From assembly GCA_009103225.1 (NCBI GenBank), contig RHPI01002823.1, positions 62,634 to 126,633 of the forward strand: a DNA stretch of 64,000 nucleotides, given 5' to 3'. Position numbers and translations under genes: made by a program. The notes beneath the pieces are model-generated. The model saw only the letters and a program-made list of their open reading frames with translations. It made no database searches and was not told the DNA's origin. Below, piece by piece: positions 35,485 through 49,023 of the stretch. Numbering within the stretch: position 1 is the stretch's first letter; each line of letters begins with the position of its first letter. Origin of the DNA: Chlorokybus atmophyticus. Lineage: Eukaryota > Plantae > Mesostigma and Chlorokybus algae.

Positions 35485-38265
35485 CTACCGCAAGTTATCG
35501 ATGACTACGTCCGCGCCGACAAACTCCACATTGCTCGCATACAGCACCGTTAGCGCCGCTAGGTAATTATACACATCCTCATACCGGAAACTCTTCATGA
35601 AATACTCTTTCCCATCCTTCGCAAGCCTTCTCGCCTCATCATCATGATCCACCAGCCACTCAATCTTGTCAAACAAGTCCGTCATGTCCATGCTCGCACG
35701 CACGTAGTGGACACCTTCTTCCAAAGTCCTCGACACGATGTCGGTAAACATCCCAACACGCACCACCGTTGACCCCATCATCATGAGGCCCATTAATCTA
35801 CGTGAATAGGAGTTGCCGTCGATGTCGATGAGGTATTTGTAGCGTTGGAACGAGTCGAATGGCACGGATGGGAGGAGAAATGTGTTGGCTTCGGTTGGGT
35901 TGTCGAAGCTAGATGAGTCGATGTTCTGACAGAAGACGTGCAAACCAACGTCGAAGGCGAGTTTCTCGGTATCGGTCGCGTTGCGTGCAACGTGGGCGCG
36001 GCGGGCCTCAAACTCACGCACCTGGGGCATGGCAACGTGCACAACAACACATCAGTCACGACCACAAATTGGACAGCAGTGCTGGTCATTTGCGCGCGTG
36101 CGCGTGTCCGGTCAAAACAGACATGAGAGCTTCATGAACTAAGTAGTGCGCCATATGCATAGAGCGCACGTTGTCTTGCGTACGTGCGCGTGGCACAGAG
36201 TACAGAGTCAAGCACATTGAAGTAACCACTGCAAAAAAGTCCTAGACTCAAGAATACCTCTACTGCGACAACAACAACAACAACATTCTCACTCACTCAC
36301 CGCGCGTATGAGTCGTACTCTCGCGTTGGTGTACACCGTCCCGAACCCCGTGGAGCATCCTCTCCAGAACGCCACATTCAGCTTGTCCTCCCACGCCATG
36401 TCGTGCGCTTGTCGCGCGCCTCGCTGCTCCGCCTCCACCACGCTCTCCAACATCTCGTTCATCGGGTACATGATGTCCTCGTGGCAACCGACCAGCTTCG
36501 TGCGCGACCACACGGGAACGCCCCAACCCTTGGCCTCGCCTACATGAACACATGTGCGTGCGCGCGTGTTGGAGAGGGGGGCAAGGGGGGTATGCGTGCG
36601 CTGTTCTCATGTGTGCTTGTATGTGGGCGCGCGCATGCATGAGTATGCAGCTGTGCAGGCGCGCACATATGGGCATGTGCACACATGAGCGCACATGCGT
36701 GTGAGCTCGTGTACGTGCGGGCGCATGTGATATGCGCATATATATAATATATATGTATATATGTGTGTGTGTGCCTGCGCGTGCGCATGCGCAAACCAAA
36801 TCTGAAAAAACAAGATGACATGATGAAACTGCGTGTGGGGCTTCAACAAGTATGCTGTCGGATATGAATACCTTGGGGGTACTGGTCCCACGTGCCGTGG
36901 TATTTCCTAAAAGTAGGCTTGTCTTTGCATTCCATCTCATTCATTGGCTCGTCGAACGCGTTGAGCAGAATGGGGATCGGCGGCAAACCTGCGCCACCAA
37001 ACCACGGCACAACATCAATGGCACACCCACATACCCACATGGCCACCAAGTTAGCGTACATCGTATCGCACTCACGCAAGTATTGGTTTTCTGCGGCGAT
37101 GCGTCTCAGAGCGGCGAGACACGCCTCGTAGTTGACGGAATCGTACAGTCCCGCGGCGTGCGTCACGTCCCCCTCATGCATGATGTACAGACCCACCTTC
37201 TCAAAGTATTTGCTCGCAAAATTGTACCTGGTCAAGTGTGCGATAGTTGAGTTGCTTTATAGTAAATAGGGCGCTTCAACCGCATGAGCAGATCTTGCAG
37301 GTGAGCATGTGCGCGTATACATGGCAATGCAACTCTTAGACATACTCGCAGAACCGCATGCGTCATATGCAGTACATATCCACACGAGCACACATAAGAA
37401 CATACTCAATTCCACACTCACATTCGTTCGACATCGATTGTTCTTGGGGAGACCCATGGCGCGACGTCCTCAAATAAACCCACGACCAAGCGCGGGTTCA
37501 GCCGAGCGATATACTTCTGCGCCGCCGCGGATACCTACACGGGACGAAAGATTCAGACACGTACACGTGTGCACATGAGCAACGCCGCATGCACACGCAC
37601 GCGCGCAAACACGCTCGTAAACACGCGCACGTGCACGCACGCACGCACGAGACCCACCAGTATCCTTTTCTGTCCGAGTTGCACGGCCCTGACGATGCGG
37701 TTATCCTCAACACTGTCCAACAACGTGTTCTTATTTTGCTGCTGAAACGGGCTCGCCAACTCGGACGACACGTTCAACTCGACCCACGCATCCCACTCCG
37801 CATACCTGATTGGGACACACACGCAGCTTCCGTTGACACTCACGACAAGGTAGGCACAACAAGAAGCAACAAGCCAACGCACACACCACAGCCTGCACGA
37901 CACAAACATGCACAAACACACACACGCACGCACTTGGGGTTGATGAGTGAGTTTGGCAGGAGAAGCGCCTGCGCGGGGTATTTCAATCCAGGTGGAGGCG
38001 ATGTTGGTGTCGATGTGGGTGTGTTGGTCGATGTGGGTGTGTTGGTTGAAGAGGGTGAGGAGGGTGTTTGGGATGAAGAAGAGGGTGAGGAGAGTGATGG
38101 TGTGGGCGTGTTGAGGTGAGGCGAGATGGAGCCGAGGATGGAACGCGTGGTGCGGTGGAGCAAAGAGGCGTTGTTGAGACGCACGTTGACGAAATAGAGA
38201 GCGAGGGCACCCGCCACGATGAGGGCCACGACACGAACGAGATGCTGCCTGCTCGACCGCACCAT
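35485..38265 (-). CDS. Glycosyltransferase family 90 (CAP10/KDELC-like), type II membrane protein
   Basis: N-terminal TM (LVRVVALIVAGALALYFV) followed by an S/T/P stem; WEDKLNVAFWRGCSTG; YKYLIDIDGNSYSRRL; HYV..DL.DKIEWLVDHDDEARRLA. Confidence 0.88.
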
Positions 38266-40342
38266 TTTTGTTGTACGTGTACGTGTACGTGTGGGCGTCG
38301 ACACAACAACACTCGGTCACGTGCGGCTAGTGAGGTGCGGGATTGTCATCGGCCTCGTCAATGCGTGTCCGCGTTGATGACGTGGTTGTTGTTGTCGTTG
38401 TTGTTGTTGTGTGGCTTCATAGGATTGGAATGCAAATCTATACAGGTGCTGGCGAGTCATGCGAGCAGATGCGCCATTCAGCGACAGGTACGGCGTGTGT
38501 CAAAACTCTTCCTGACCAGATTGGAAAAAAACACGTACAGACACCTCACTGATGATTTAGCTTATGAAAAACGTAACGATTAGAAAAAGATGGAACAAAA
38601 GAACTCGACGACAACAACCAACTACCGAGCTACAAATATACGCGTGTTGACGACGATTATAACCGCACCTGATTCGCGTGGAGCGTCCTCGCCTCATGCA
38701 TGCATGCTTGCGCGTTGTGTTGTGTTGTGTTATATTGTGGGTATGTTGTGTTCTCTCTCTTTCTGGACTTGTTGAAAGTGGTCGTGCGGGACGCCTGCAC
38801 ACTCTCCTGCTGCACATGTGATAGAGAAATACACGTTATAGTGCAAAATAGATGCAATTGTGGCATGAATAAAAGTAGGCAAGTGGATTGTACGTTGCAA
38901 CCATACTGTGAAGCATCAATCAAAACAGACAAACACATCAATATACATCATGAAAACACATTGCAAAGTCAAGTGGATGCTTTAACACCAAAACGAGACT
39001 GTCATGCGATGCTCATCCCAACATGACAATGACGACGGACATGCTGCCATGTGCATACCATTGATGTGATAGTGATAGTCACAATAGTCACACAATACCA
39101 CATGCCTTGAGCACAAAGCCGCAGCGCCAACCTCAGGGATTGTGCTATCAAAACAATGTTCATGTTTTCATAGCAACGATGTGCTGGTTATGTAGCCGCA
39201 TGCAAGTGGGGGCGCCATACCCCAGCAACATGAACCAGCTGAACAACCAACCCTGAAAACAAGCACTCAACTAATGTCGAACGCATAAACAGAAACACTA
39301 AACCCGCATGCCAATGACAGCTTCAATGCAGTTACACACCCGCACAGCAAACATGAAACTGTGAGCAGCAGACAGTTTGTCTCACAGTTCAAGGTTTCCT
39401 CCTCCTCTTCCTCTTTATTCCGCTCCAATCGAATGCGACCAGCACAAGTCTTAGGGCCAAAATGAATAAAGGCCAACCCTCTCCTCTCGCCCTGTGAATG
39501 CTCCCGCCAACCACGCCGCCGCCGCCGCCACCGCCACCGCCACCGCCGCCCCCAGCAGCAGGTAAACGTCTAACGTCCAAATTGACTTTGACATGACATT
39601 ATTCTTTGTTCTCTTTGTCTTTTTCCCGCGTCGGAGCCGCGGGTTTGTAAGCATACGGGCATAAAATCCCACTTCATCATCATCATCATCATCATAAAAA
39701 GGATGTAGTCCTTTGGGGGACACTATAATTTACTCTTGGCACCGGAATCATGCATAAGGATGGGGCGTACCGGTGATGATGATAGGACCCAAAGGACTTG
39801 CACATGGAGAGTGTTGGGGTGAGTGTTGGGGTGTACGGGTGGTGGCGCAGCGGCGGCGGAGCAGCAGGGTGAGAGAAAGAACCAAAACAGGCAGAGAGAG
39901 TTTCAAGCTGTTGGCCATGTCCATACAAGTGATGGCTCGCACATGTTCAGCATGCTTGACATTCCAACAGCGTGCATCACTGTTCTTTTTGAGGGTAGAC
40001 TGCCGCTTGCTTGGTGAATGTGAGACAAGAGTCAGGTTTCTCTCGTCAAATGTCGTGTCGTGTAAAGGACATTGCATGCTATGGGATGACATCAACAGCG
40101 AAATTGGTTTTGGGTCCGCAGTTGTTTGCTGCAACCATGCGTCACACTTGCCGTGTTGCATTTCATTTCTTTCTGTCTCCAACAATCGCATACAGTGCAT
40201 CACACAAGTAATGTCAGCAGGTGCTCATATTGCCTCTCTTCCTTGTCGTATCAGGCGTTTTCACTGATGACAGCAACAACGTAAGCAGCAGCAGCAAGAA
40301 GAAGAAGACGACAACGACGACGACAACGACGACAACAACAAC

Positions 40343-41057
40343 ATGAGCCACGCCCACACCACCCACAACAAGCATGCCTCCCCTTTACTCGAGCCTTTGC
40401 TTCACCCTCCCGCGCTCGCTCCCCCGGACATCACCGCCGTCCCCGCACCCACACCACCACCACTTCTCGCAATATCCACCACCAAACCCACACCAAACGA
40501 CAAACCCACACCAACACCATCCTCCCCTCTAACCCTCTCCTTATGGCTCCTAGCCGTAGTCTCTTTAGGCGCCGCGAACCGTGTCTCATTCAAGCTGATG
40601 CAATACTCTTCCCTCAACTATTCCTACTTCGATGCCCAGTTCACCACGCTGGCCTACGTGCCCGTAAGCTTCTTCGTCGTGTGGGTGAAGTTGAGGTTCT
40701 TCCCGACGCATATCACGCAAGAGCAGAGGGCCTTTCCGAAGAGGAGGTTCGCGCTCATGGGACTCATGGACTGCCTGCAGGGATTGCTTATCAACGGCAA
40801 GTGAGGGGTGTGCCAATGCAGTGGGTTTCGGTTACATTGGTACGAAGTCACGCACATCCACACTATCAATAACATGGATGCGTGCACGTTTTGCGTGCGA
40901 CTCACGTGCGTGACCTACGTTTCACTCACTCAGATGCATGCACACGCACTTGCCTACATACAGCGTGCCCACACGGCGACGCAGTGTGGACGTGTACGCA
41001 CACGTCCACACTACGTCCGCATTTGTACACATCTGCATTGAGACGTGACTATATACG

Positions 41058-41154
<97 letters not shown>

Positions 41155-43408
41155 NCCCCCCCCCCCCCCCCCCCTCAACAGTGGGCGGCCGCTTCGTCCC
41201 TGGCATGCTCCAGAACCTCCTCCTCCAGGGCGCCGTCCCCGTCACGATGCTCTTCTCTCTACTGTTACTCAAGCCCTCTTCTGTCGACTGGAAACCCCAC
41301 CTGAGCCGGTTCTACTCCCCCGCGCAGTATGTCGGCGCGGCCGTGGTATTGGCGGGGATAGGGGTGTCCGTGTGGCCGGCATTGACAAAAGGAGGAGGAG
41401 GGATGGGGAGCTTCTTGGGGGATGTGGTGAGTGGGTGTGTGCGTGCGTGCGTGCGTATGCGTGCTTTTGGACATGCGTGTATGCGCGTGCATTGTGCGCA
41501 CGCACGCGCATGCTTGTTTGCTTATGCACATGCACGCACGCTTATTATTTAATCTGCATGTCATTGTGCATGCGTCCATGCGTGCACACGCACGCACATG
41601 CTCGTTTTGCTAATGCACACGCACGCACGTGTGAACGTGTGCATCTGGCGCATGTGGGCGCATGTGGGCACATGCCCCATGCCCACACCACCATGCATAT
41701 TTGTGCTCATCACCAGCGTGTACATTTCTGGCATACTGTTGGTCTACCCGTCTCACACACCGTTCTCTCTTGTTCAACCACCAGGTCTTCTTCTCGGCGA
41801 CGGTCCCGACGGCTTTGTCTGCTGTTTACAAGGAGATCGCTTTCCGTTCCGTGGGCGACATGGACGTGTGGTACCTCAACGCGTGGGTCGCGCTGTTCCA
41901 GTTCCTGCTGGGACTGCCGCAGGCGAGCACAGCATGCAGTGTTCACATCAACAACAACTACTACTACTGCTGCTGCTGCTGCTACTACTCACTAGAACGA
42001 GTACTACCGCTGCAGTCTCAACAGTACCAACGACCACAACTGCTACCACATCCACAACTACAACAACTAGTTGTTGTCGTTGTGTGGGTGTTGTAGCAGT
42101 ATGAGGACTTGGTCGTTGTTGTTGTTGTTGTTGTTGTTGTTGTCGTCGTTGCGGATGGAACACACACATCCCTCTTTCCTCAAATAGGCCCCGTTGGCTG
42201 CCGCGATGGCGGGCATGAAGTTGTCTGAGGTACCCTCCAACCTGCGCGACGGGTGGGATTGTTTCGCTTTTGGTCAAAACAGCGTGCGTTGGGACGTGCA
42301 GTATGAGTGGGGTTACTGCAACGCCGGGGCGGGGTGCGCCGACGCCACGGGGACAAGTGTTGTGATGTGCTGCGACAGCTGCGATGGGTCGCTGCCGCAG
42401 ATATCGGGGGTGTCCATGAGAACGGTGGGTGGGTGTAGGTGTGCGTGTGCGCAGGCATACACATACGCACATACGTGCTGTGCGCACGTGTGTGCGCACG
42501 TGTATGCACGAGCACATTTGTGCGTACGCGCGTGAGGGTGCATGTGCGGTATGCGCCCTCACATGTGCAAGCTGCATGTTGTACGCATCCACACACAATG
42601 TGCATTGGCAGTACGTCTGCCAGAACGCGATGGGTACATCGTCATCACTGTTCTCACACGCAGGCCATGTCCCTCTACATCTTCATCAACATCGCCTACA
42701 ACCTCGCCCTGATCCACGTGATCAAGCGCGGCGGCGCGGCGTTGATGTATGTGGCCAGCACGGCCGTCTTACCGTTGGGTGCGCTCGCCTTCACTTTACC
42801 CACTATCATGGGACCGTACCACGCCACGCCGTTCAGCCCCGCCACCGCCACGGGTCTGGTCATCGTGCTTGTGGGACTGGTGGTGTATAGGTTTGTGGGA
42901 GGGAAGAGAGAGGGAGAGAGAGGGGGAGGGAGAGAGGGGGAGGGAGAGGGAGAGGGAGAGAGAGGGGGGGANNNNNNNNNNNNNNNNNNNNNNNNNNNNN
43001 NNNNNNNNNNNNNNNNNNNNNNNNNNNNNNNNNNNNNNNNNNNNNNNNNNNNNNNNNNNNNNNNNNNNNNNNNNNNNNNNNNNNNNNNNNNNNNNNNNNN
43101 NNNNNNNNNNNNNNNNNNNNNNNNNNNNNNNNNNNNNNNNNNNNNNNNNNNNNNNNNNNNNNNNNNNNNNNNNNNNNNNNNNNNNNNNNNNNNNNNNNNN
43201 NNNNNNNNNNNNNNNNNNNNNNNNNNNNNNNNNNNNNNNNNNNNNNNNNNNNNNNNNNNNNNNNNNNNNNNNNNNNNNNNNNNNNNNNNNNNNNNNNNNN
43301 NNNNNNNGGGAGGGGGAGGAGGAGAGAGGAGGGGCGAGGGGGGAGCGAGAGGGAAGAGCGTATAGGGCTGTAGCGGTGGAGGAGGAGCCCAAGACGACAA
43401 CGCGATGA
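40343..43408 (+). CDS. Chloroquine-resistance-transporter-like (CRT/CLT) transporter
   Basis: GAANRVSFKLMQ.., FPKRRFALMGLMDCL, LLLQGAVPVTMLFS, PTALSAVYKEIAF, YLNAWVALFQFLLG, Cys-rich loop, NIAYNLALIHVIKRGGAALMYVAS. The 3' end crosses a gap, so the stop position is uncertain. Confidence 0.88.
41060..41174. repeat. About 115-nt poly-C tract in a CRT-like gene intron
   Basis: Direct reading; contains one N. Confidence 0.9.
42972..43307. other. Assembly gap in a GA-rich low-complexity region
   Basis: N characters. Confidence 1.
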
Positions 43409-44607
43409 GGATGACTATTGCCAATGTATTCATGAATTCTAGCGCTTGTGCGCATGTGCAATAACACGGGTACAACGATGTGTGGGCAGCAGAGATGGTT
43501 TATTAGTGAGCATTACAGCACGCACAATGAATGAAAATGTTGGATTTGTAGACATTGAACTGTTGGTAGCCAACACCGTGAGATGGAGGATGCAACATAT
43601 TAATACCAACAGAATTGATAGTTGTAATAATCACACACTGCAACATTGGGTAGCAAGCAAGTGAGTTACGAATGCGCTCTGCAGGTGGCCCCTACCCTTG
43701 CTGTCCTCAAGCTGGCTGCGCCCTACCACCCTGTTGCTGGAGGGTCTCATTGCTAGGGTCGCATTGCTAGAGTAAGTCTTGGTCTTAGTGTGTCCTGGTG
43801 TTTGAATTTTTCTTGGCCCGCACTTATATTCTATGCTTACCTACCCATAGACATGCATGTTGTTGCCCATGGTTACCAACTTTAGAGTTTGTGTAATTGC
43901 AGCTCCTGTGTGTTACGCTTGCTACCCATGTTACATTGTGCTGTAATTAGATGTTGCATCACAATGGAGACATCCAACTCGTCAGTATAGACCCAATGTT
44001 TCATGAAGCGAGCGCAACTTGAAACCATGTCATAAACCTTTGTTCGCTCATATTTATTACGACATAGCACAAGTGTGACATGGCGCGTTTATAATAATTG
44101 TTATTATCATCGAGCTATGGCCGCAAAAGTCGCTACCATAGAAGGAGCCACGTGTCCCATATACGTCGCGTTACCCTGTGTTACAACACATTGCGCACAA
44201 ATGATGAAGGTCTATTTCGAACATAACAACGCTCCTCTGGAGATAGTTAGCAAGCAAAATGCATCGCGGGAGTGAGCGTTGCTAGCATATCAATCCAATA
44301 TGCAACATAACAAAGAGGATACTTTCATTGACCTTATTAAGAAGCTTCATCAATTCTGCCCACTTTAAGTGCATGAAGCTGCTTTTCTTCGTTAATTCTT
44401 GTAATCATTCTTTGCATGTCATCGAATTGTAGTTTGAGACAACCCACGCCGCATGATGCGGCATCAAGCCCAACGACCGCCATTACCACAATTGAATGAT
44501 AGAGTGACTTGAAATATCTAAGTCACTCTATCATTTAAAGCAATTCCATGCAAAATTTATTGCGGCATGCCATGCTTGGCAACCAATGGTTGCCAAGCAT
44601 TCAGCTG

Positions 44608-46176
44608 CGTCGCAAATTTAACATGGTGGCTGACAAGAGACTGAGGGACTGTCGGGTGCCTGACCCTATCTGACCCTAACGGACTTAACGACTTTGACCA
44701 TAAAGGGAATGAATGAACTGCCGGTGCATATTATGGACCCTATGTAAATGCCGACCGCCTATCGTACAGTACAGTGGTTGCCTACCGGTGATGATGTGAC
44801 AGCAACATATTTTGACGGCCGACCGTCGGTCATACAGCTTCCGTCACGGCGACCTACCTGTTATGGCAATTAAGTGTATGTTTAGGCCCCTAATGGCGAC
44901 GGTCGATTACGGTGAGTCAAAGTTGACCCGCGGCCGGCCACCGGCCGTACATAAGCCGCGGCGGCGACTAACCCACATTGGCAAGCAAGACCACTCAGTT
45001 CCAACCAAGTCTTTTAAGAGGGACGAGTGATGGCGGCAAGTACCTATCAGTCCGGTTAGTTTTACTCGGCACACATAATGGAACAATAGTACCATTGTAA
45101 TGGTACCGCAGTTCCATCAAAGTATTATATACGGTACTCATCATTTGATTGTGCAATGGAGTTGCGTACGATTTTGATGGTACGATCATACCATTGAACT
45201 CGAACATGGAGCCGTTGAGCATTTCAAACGCAGCAGCGTTTTAAACGCTAAACATCTTCATGTGCGAGGACAGTTGTGCTACGGCGGCGGCGGCAGTGGT
45301 GGCGGCGGTGGTGGTTGCGACGGCGGCGGCGGCAGTTGGTGAGTTTGTGAATATTGTGTGTACATAGAGTACTTGAGTTGTATGCATAATGTGATGTTAA
45401 GTGCAACAGCGCAACCCAACCGCCCTTCTTGCAGGCCAGGCCAGCCTAGGGCGGTGGCAATGGCATGGTAGGTGAGTTTGTTCATAGGTGTCATGTGTCA
45501 TAATGTATATTGCCGTTGTGTTGACGTCCTTGCCGACCAGGCCAAGCGGAGGTGGAGCGGCGAGGCGGCGGCGGTGGCGGAAGAGCGGCGGCGCAGGCGC
45601 GGAGGAGCGGATGAGCGGCGACCGAGTATAAGGGTAGATTATAGGGTAGTAGTAGTAATTATCGTAGCTTCATGTAGTTTACATTGTAGCGTAGCAACAT
45701 GTTGTAATGGAAATGATTGATATTTTTAATTTGTGGATCAGTCAAGCTCGTGACTCGCCGTCTCTCACAGTTGACGACAATCACCTGCTCATGAATGAAC
45801 GGTACCAGTAGGTACCGGTAGGTATTGAGGACATTAATGTTAGGTACCTTGAAAGTACCATAAGGTACCTTAAAAGTACCTGATAGTTAGGCACCTTCGA
45901 GGTACAGTCGCCGGTACCTAACTGTTATGTACCAATTAGTTAGGTATTAGTTAAGTGAAGTCCCCTTTGCTTGACTGATGGGGTATTTAACAGGTACCTA
46001 TCAGTCTAGGTCGGTCCCTTTATGAAAAAGGCCGCCGACTGATGGTGACGGCCGTTATATCAGGTCCATATATCGAGATTACAGGTGGATTGAGCCACGA
46101 CAGTTTTACTGAGTATCCTCAGGTGCACGACCGTTGCTAATATTGAGTCGGCCGGTAGGGGAAACATTTTGCGACG
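44608..46176 (-). mobile_element. 1.57-kb non-autonomous derivative of the same transposon family, in reverse orientation
   Basis: Termini CGTCGCAA...TTGCGACG, flanked by TG on both sides (44606-44607, 46177-46178). The reverse complement of 46060-46176 aligns with 15755-15870, and 44608-44670 aligns with the reverse complement of 30580-30640. No transposase. Confidence 0.88.
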
Positions 46177-49023
46177 TGTGTAAACATCTTTTCAACTTTC
46201 GTCAACCCAATAAAAGATGTAAGTAAGATCAAAGGTTCGAAGCACAGAGTATTAGGAATACAAACACATTACAACGAACAGCGAAAAACTAGTCTTGAGC
46301 GTTTTAACGTGTCAATGCTATCGAGGGCGAAAGAAGAGAAGGGGTGACAGTGCACAACACAGCACCGCTACCCCATAAGGAGGAAAAGTACTCGAGAGCT
46401 TCAAGGCAAAGATCATGCTTCAGAGGAGCAGAGCAGACGAGGAGCCAATCTTCGCGTGCGCACATGTAGATAGCCTGAAGGAGCCTGCTTTGGAGGACGC
46501 TTAAAGGGAGAGGAGAGCCGCATCTGTGCCAGCAGCGATAACACATCCATTACTAGTATAGTATAGGGCAATGGGCCTGGCTAAGATCCACAACCCTAGA
46601 AGGGAGGAGGGGTTAATCACCTCTCCAATGCAAAGCTACCAGCAACCGGAGTAAGCCGGAGGGAAGCACCCATGTGTGAGAGCGGTGCAAACATTTTTAA
46701 TACTATACGATGTTATAAAGAGTTTGATTGCATGCATTACCGGTTGGTCCAACTTGTGCCACATTACTCAGATGCCATTGTAGCAAGTGCGGTATCACAA
46801 TATCAAAACGAGGTGAGAGTAACGTGCATTTGAGCTCATCAAGTTTTATAATAGTTACATGGTAAGCTTATTGCAACTTACATCGTGTAAGTTGCAATAA
46901 CATGAAACACATTTGCATGATAAGCTTATTGCAACTTATTTCATGTAACTTTGCAAAACGCAGTTGTTATGTAACCTTTTGTAAACCGCGCATTATAAAG
47001 ACGTGAATGTTACAACGCGGAATAATATAACAACTGCAACAAATGCATACAAACATGGCATTCATGATATTTGTAACGTTTAGCGTACGTTTGAGTGATA
47101 TGAAGCGCAATGCAACCGCTATCACAAAGTATTACAAGGTATAATCCAATCTTTACACCGCTTCTGTTCACAAGTATCACACACAATCAACCTATTAAAG
47201 AATTTTACATTCATCATAAGCACAAACACAATTATTGATCAATGTAAATCACAACGCCAGTAACTTTGCACATTATGCCCTTCACGCATGTATACACCTT
47301 CATTTCTGTACTTGCTTGCTCAAGTTTTGGCACGTTGAGAAATAACATGTCTAGACATGTTGCTTCTCAACGTGCCAAAACTGCTTACAGTCTACCCTCG
47401 CTGTAACCACACTCTTTCCTATAACACCCTCTCAATAGTGACATTTTTCCAGCTGAACCGATTTGCACATGGCAAAATTCGCCCTTTACAGCGACTACTA
47501 CACTCGCTGTAAGGACCCATGGAGCCAGTTTGGAGCGTCAATACAAGAAGGGTATAAATAATAATAGATTTATTAATTAGGGTTGCCTTTTCAAAGGCGC
47601 AATAGTTTGTGCAAAGCTTGCATCAACATTGCAACAAAATTGACCGTTGTGTCGATGTAGTGACCATCTGTCATTGCATAGCAAATATCAATATATACAT
47701 ACCTCGCTGCAATGACATTATGTCACTACAACGAGGTAATGCGCTCTATTGACCACTGTCGCTACTGAGGTAATGACACCCTCCATGTAGTGACAATCAT
47801 GCTCAAACATACGTGGTCACTACATCGAGGGTAGACTGTGTCAAAATGCCACCTAGTTCTGAGTACACTGTACATGCGTGCCGGCAACCAAAGTACATTC
47901 GATCATTTACGGCACCGCTTGCAGTCACGTGGCGCAGCCGGATGACAAACGTTCCAAATATAGCCCACCCAGCGGCACGAACTGTCTGCCCAGTTCAGTT
48001 AACGCCGGACCGCAGTTAGAGCCGCGCAGCTCTTGTCCGACAGCTCAAGACAGCCCAAAACGCTGCGGTTAAGAAGTAAACGCCGTGCCGTAACCTCTCC
48101 CACACTGTTAACCGTCAGGAGGGGCGGCGGCGTCGTGGTTGGCAGCGGTGGTGGCATTGGCAACGGCGTTGCGCAGGAGTAGGGAGAGAAGGCGGAAAGG
48201 CAGAGAGAGGCAGTTGATATCTGTAACAGAAGAGCGCTGAGGGGAAAAAAGTTCTTTCAGGTGAGGCTGGGAGGGCAAAGGAGGGGGTGGCTGGGTGGGA
48301 TGGGCAAGGCAGCAGAGTGAGTGTGTATGTGCGTGCGTGATGACATGGGCTGACATTAACAATACCACGACAGTGGTAGTGAAGTTAGATCTTCGTAGCT
48401 TAGTCCTCTTTGTGCGACCGGTGTTAGAAACTGTCAATCAAACTGGCTATGCTGCGTTCATGTCACAAGAATAGGAGAGAAAGACATGCTGTTGAGTCAG
48501 CAGTGCTTTTGACATGTTGCCAGTTCGACTATTGTCCATCACTCCCACACGCACACTGAAAACCGTATGCTTCCTCTTCCCAGGCAGGCAGGCAGGCAGG
48601 ACCAGCTCGTCATCAGCAAGCGAGTAACAGCCATGCAAGAGCAGTAGTGAGAGATCACATCGTTGAGACCCGAACGACGACGTATTGTGATTACCACAGT
48701 GGAGTGAGAGGGGAAAACGAGAAGAAGCGAGTTGATTAGCTGGCGGCACGGCCGCGTGTCACTATGGTAAGCATGTATGTGTACATGCATGCATTGGCCC
48801 ACATGCACTGTATGGTTGCAGTCGCGCGGGTATGCTTGCAAGCATACGCACAACTCCAACCAGAAAAACTAGACGATCTCTTCACTTCGGTGCACACACG
48901 CACGCTCAAACACCTGAGCTCGCAATGTGCGTGTGATGTCTGCGTACTTAGATGCACGCACACGCGCACGCGATGCACATACCCACAACCATCCACCCAC
49001 AGGCAGCTGGCGGCGGCGGTGAC

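Noticed and set aside
39267-39723. Short minus-strand ORFs with a hydrophobic Ala/Val stretch
   Set aside because: No convincing start, splice pattern or family; driven by GCC repeats.
41045-41995. Poly-Pro / poly-Gly ORFs and the many Cys/His/Val/Arg-rich ORFs in the track
   Set aside because: They arise from the poly-C tract and from TG/CA-repeat introns of identified genes.
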